Below, in pieces: positions 62,901 to 64,000 of a stretch of 64,000 nt of DNA. How positions within the stretch are numbered: position 1 is the stretch's first letter; each line of letters begins with the position of its first letter. The notes below the pieces were generated by a model. The model saw nothing but the letters and a program-made list of their open reading frames with translations, was not told the origin of the DNA and ran no database searches. Source of the stretch: Anaeramoeba ignava BMAN (Eukaryota; Protista; Anaeramoebae); contig JAPDFW010000083.1 in NCBI GenBank assembly GCA_028826165.1, positions 1 through 64,000 of the forward strand, given 5' to 3'. Both the position numbers and the translations under genes were made by a program.

Positions 62901-63395
62901 ATTTCAATATTATAACGTTCTAAAGAAAGATTGCACCACCCAATAATAACATCTTTATAAGAATAATTCCCTTCTGGAACTTGTTTCATTTTAAAAAACA
63001 TTATAATATCCCAAATCATTTGCAAAATTTTTGGTTCTTTATGTTCTAAAATATCTGTTGGATTTATTGTTAAATTTAACCCCAATTTTCTTGCAAAAAC
63101 AAGAGCTTGTCGAATATTTTCGAGTTTATCGTTTCGAGACTTGGGTTTTTTACCTGTTGCTTTCATGCTGTTTATTATAAATATAGATATATTTATATTC
63201 ATTTTTGTTTTTGTTTTTTTTTTTGAATCAATTTTTTTTTATTTAAATAAATTTGATTGAATAAAATTAATACGTTTTTCCACTTAAATTCTCAAGTAAA
63301 TTTATCAAACAAACACCATCTTCAAAGCCTTTTGTAATGCTATGAAAAGAGTTTAATGATTTAGAAAGATTATGTTGTATCCAGAGTATAAAAGT
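59936..63395 (-). CDS. Tandem calponin-homology (CH1-CH2) actin-binding domain followed by about 800 aa of coiled coil; 5' end probably outside the window
   Basis: Exons 63274-63395 (TFILWI..FEDGVCLINLLENLSGK), 62883-63167 (KLENIRQAL..ILQMIWDII..WCN), 62687-62765 (FLDGRAFCGII), 62415-62576 (AFELGKLFGIP..DEKSILVYL), 59936-62344. An in-frame ATG at 63401 is an alternative start. Confidence 0.85.
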
Positions 63396-64000
63396 CTTCA
63401 TTTTAATTTTAATTTTAATTTTAATTTTAATTTTAATTTCGAATTGAATTTTAATTTTAATTTTAATTTTGAATTTGAATTGAATTGAATTGAATTGAAT
63501 TGAATTTGAATTTTGAATTTTAATTTTAAATTGAATTTTAATTTTGAATTTTAATTTTGAATTGAATATTGAATTGAATTGAATTGAATTGAATTGAATT
63601 GAATTGAATTGAATTGAATTGAATTGAATTTTAATTTTGAATTGAATTGAATTTGAATTGAATTTTAATTTTAATTTTAATTTTAATTTTGATTTCGAAT
63701 TGAATTGAATTGAATTGAATTGAATTGAATTTTAATTTTGAATTGAATTGAATTGAATTGAATTAAATTAAATTGAATTTTAATTTTGAATTGAATTTTT
63801 CATTGAATTTTTCATTGAATTTTTCATTGAATTTTTCATTGAATTTTAATTTTAATTTTAATTTTAATTTTGAATTGAATTAAATTGAATTTTAATTTTA
63901 ATTTTTAATTTTAATTTTGAATTAAATTGAATTTTAATTTTGATTTTAATTTTAAATTGAATTGAATTGAATTGAATTTTAATTTTAATTTTAAATTGAA
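63396..64000 (-). repeat. (GAATT)n / (AATTTT)n array, probably an intron of the CH-domain gene, running off the window
   Basis: Ends in TGAAG on the minus strand directly before the CH1 exon; AG-free on the minus strand. Confidence 0.7.

Noticed and set aside
1-64000. Alternative genetic code or stop-codon readthrough
   Set aside because: TAA, TGA and TAG all terminate genes at expected positions (for example ELP3 TAA, PSMG3 TGA, NMNAT TAG) and conserved exons have no in-frame stops

Overview
Eukaryotic, extremely AT-rich, gene-dense nuclear DNA using the standard genetic code (TAA, TGA and TAG each end genes). About 20 protein-coding genes can be rebuilt by hand with GT-AG spliceosomal introns: a tandem F-type lectin, VPS35, a CCCH zinc-finger protein, an RPRD1-like CID protein, a bacterial-type flavodoxin with an organelle-targeting-like leader, PSMG3, NMNAT, a tropomyosin-like coiled coil, COMMD9, a folate-receptor-like surface protein, a small GPI-type protein, GSK3, five tandem CLN3/battenin genes, a compact ferlin, a 7-TM protein, RPLP2, ELP3 and a tandem-CH coiled-coil protein. 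CLN3 copy 4 is interrupted by an intact pogo/Fot1-like DNA transposon (22-bp TIRs, TA duplication). The most unusual signal is the intron architecture: 17 of 37 reconstructed coding introns are inflated to 0.3-2.4 kb by simple repeats, mostly a different unit per intron. These fills avoid AG on the sense strand, about half of all acceptors are AAG, and GC content inside a single gene rises from about 20% in short exons to about 50% in long exons. Gene content and composition suggest an anaerobic amoeboid protist (Anaeramoeba-like metamonad), which is inference only. Most low-complexity ORFs in the track are artefacts. Four apparent small frameshifts suggest long-read assembly errors. All exon models are manual and lack transcript support.
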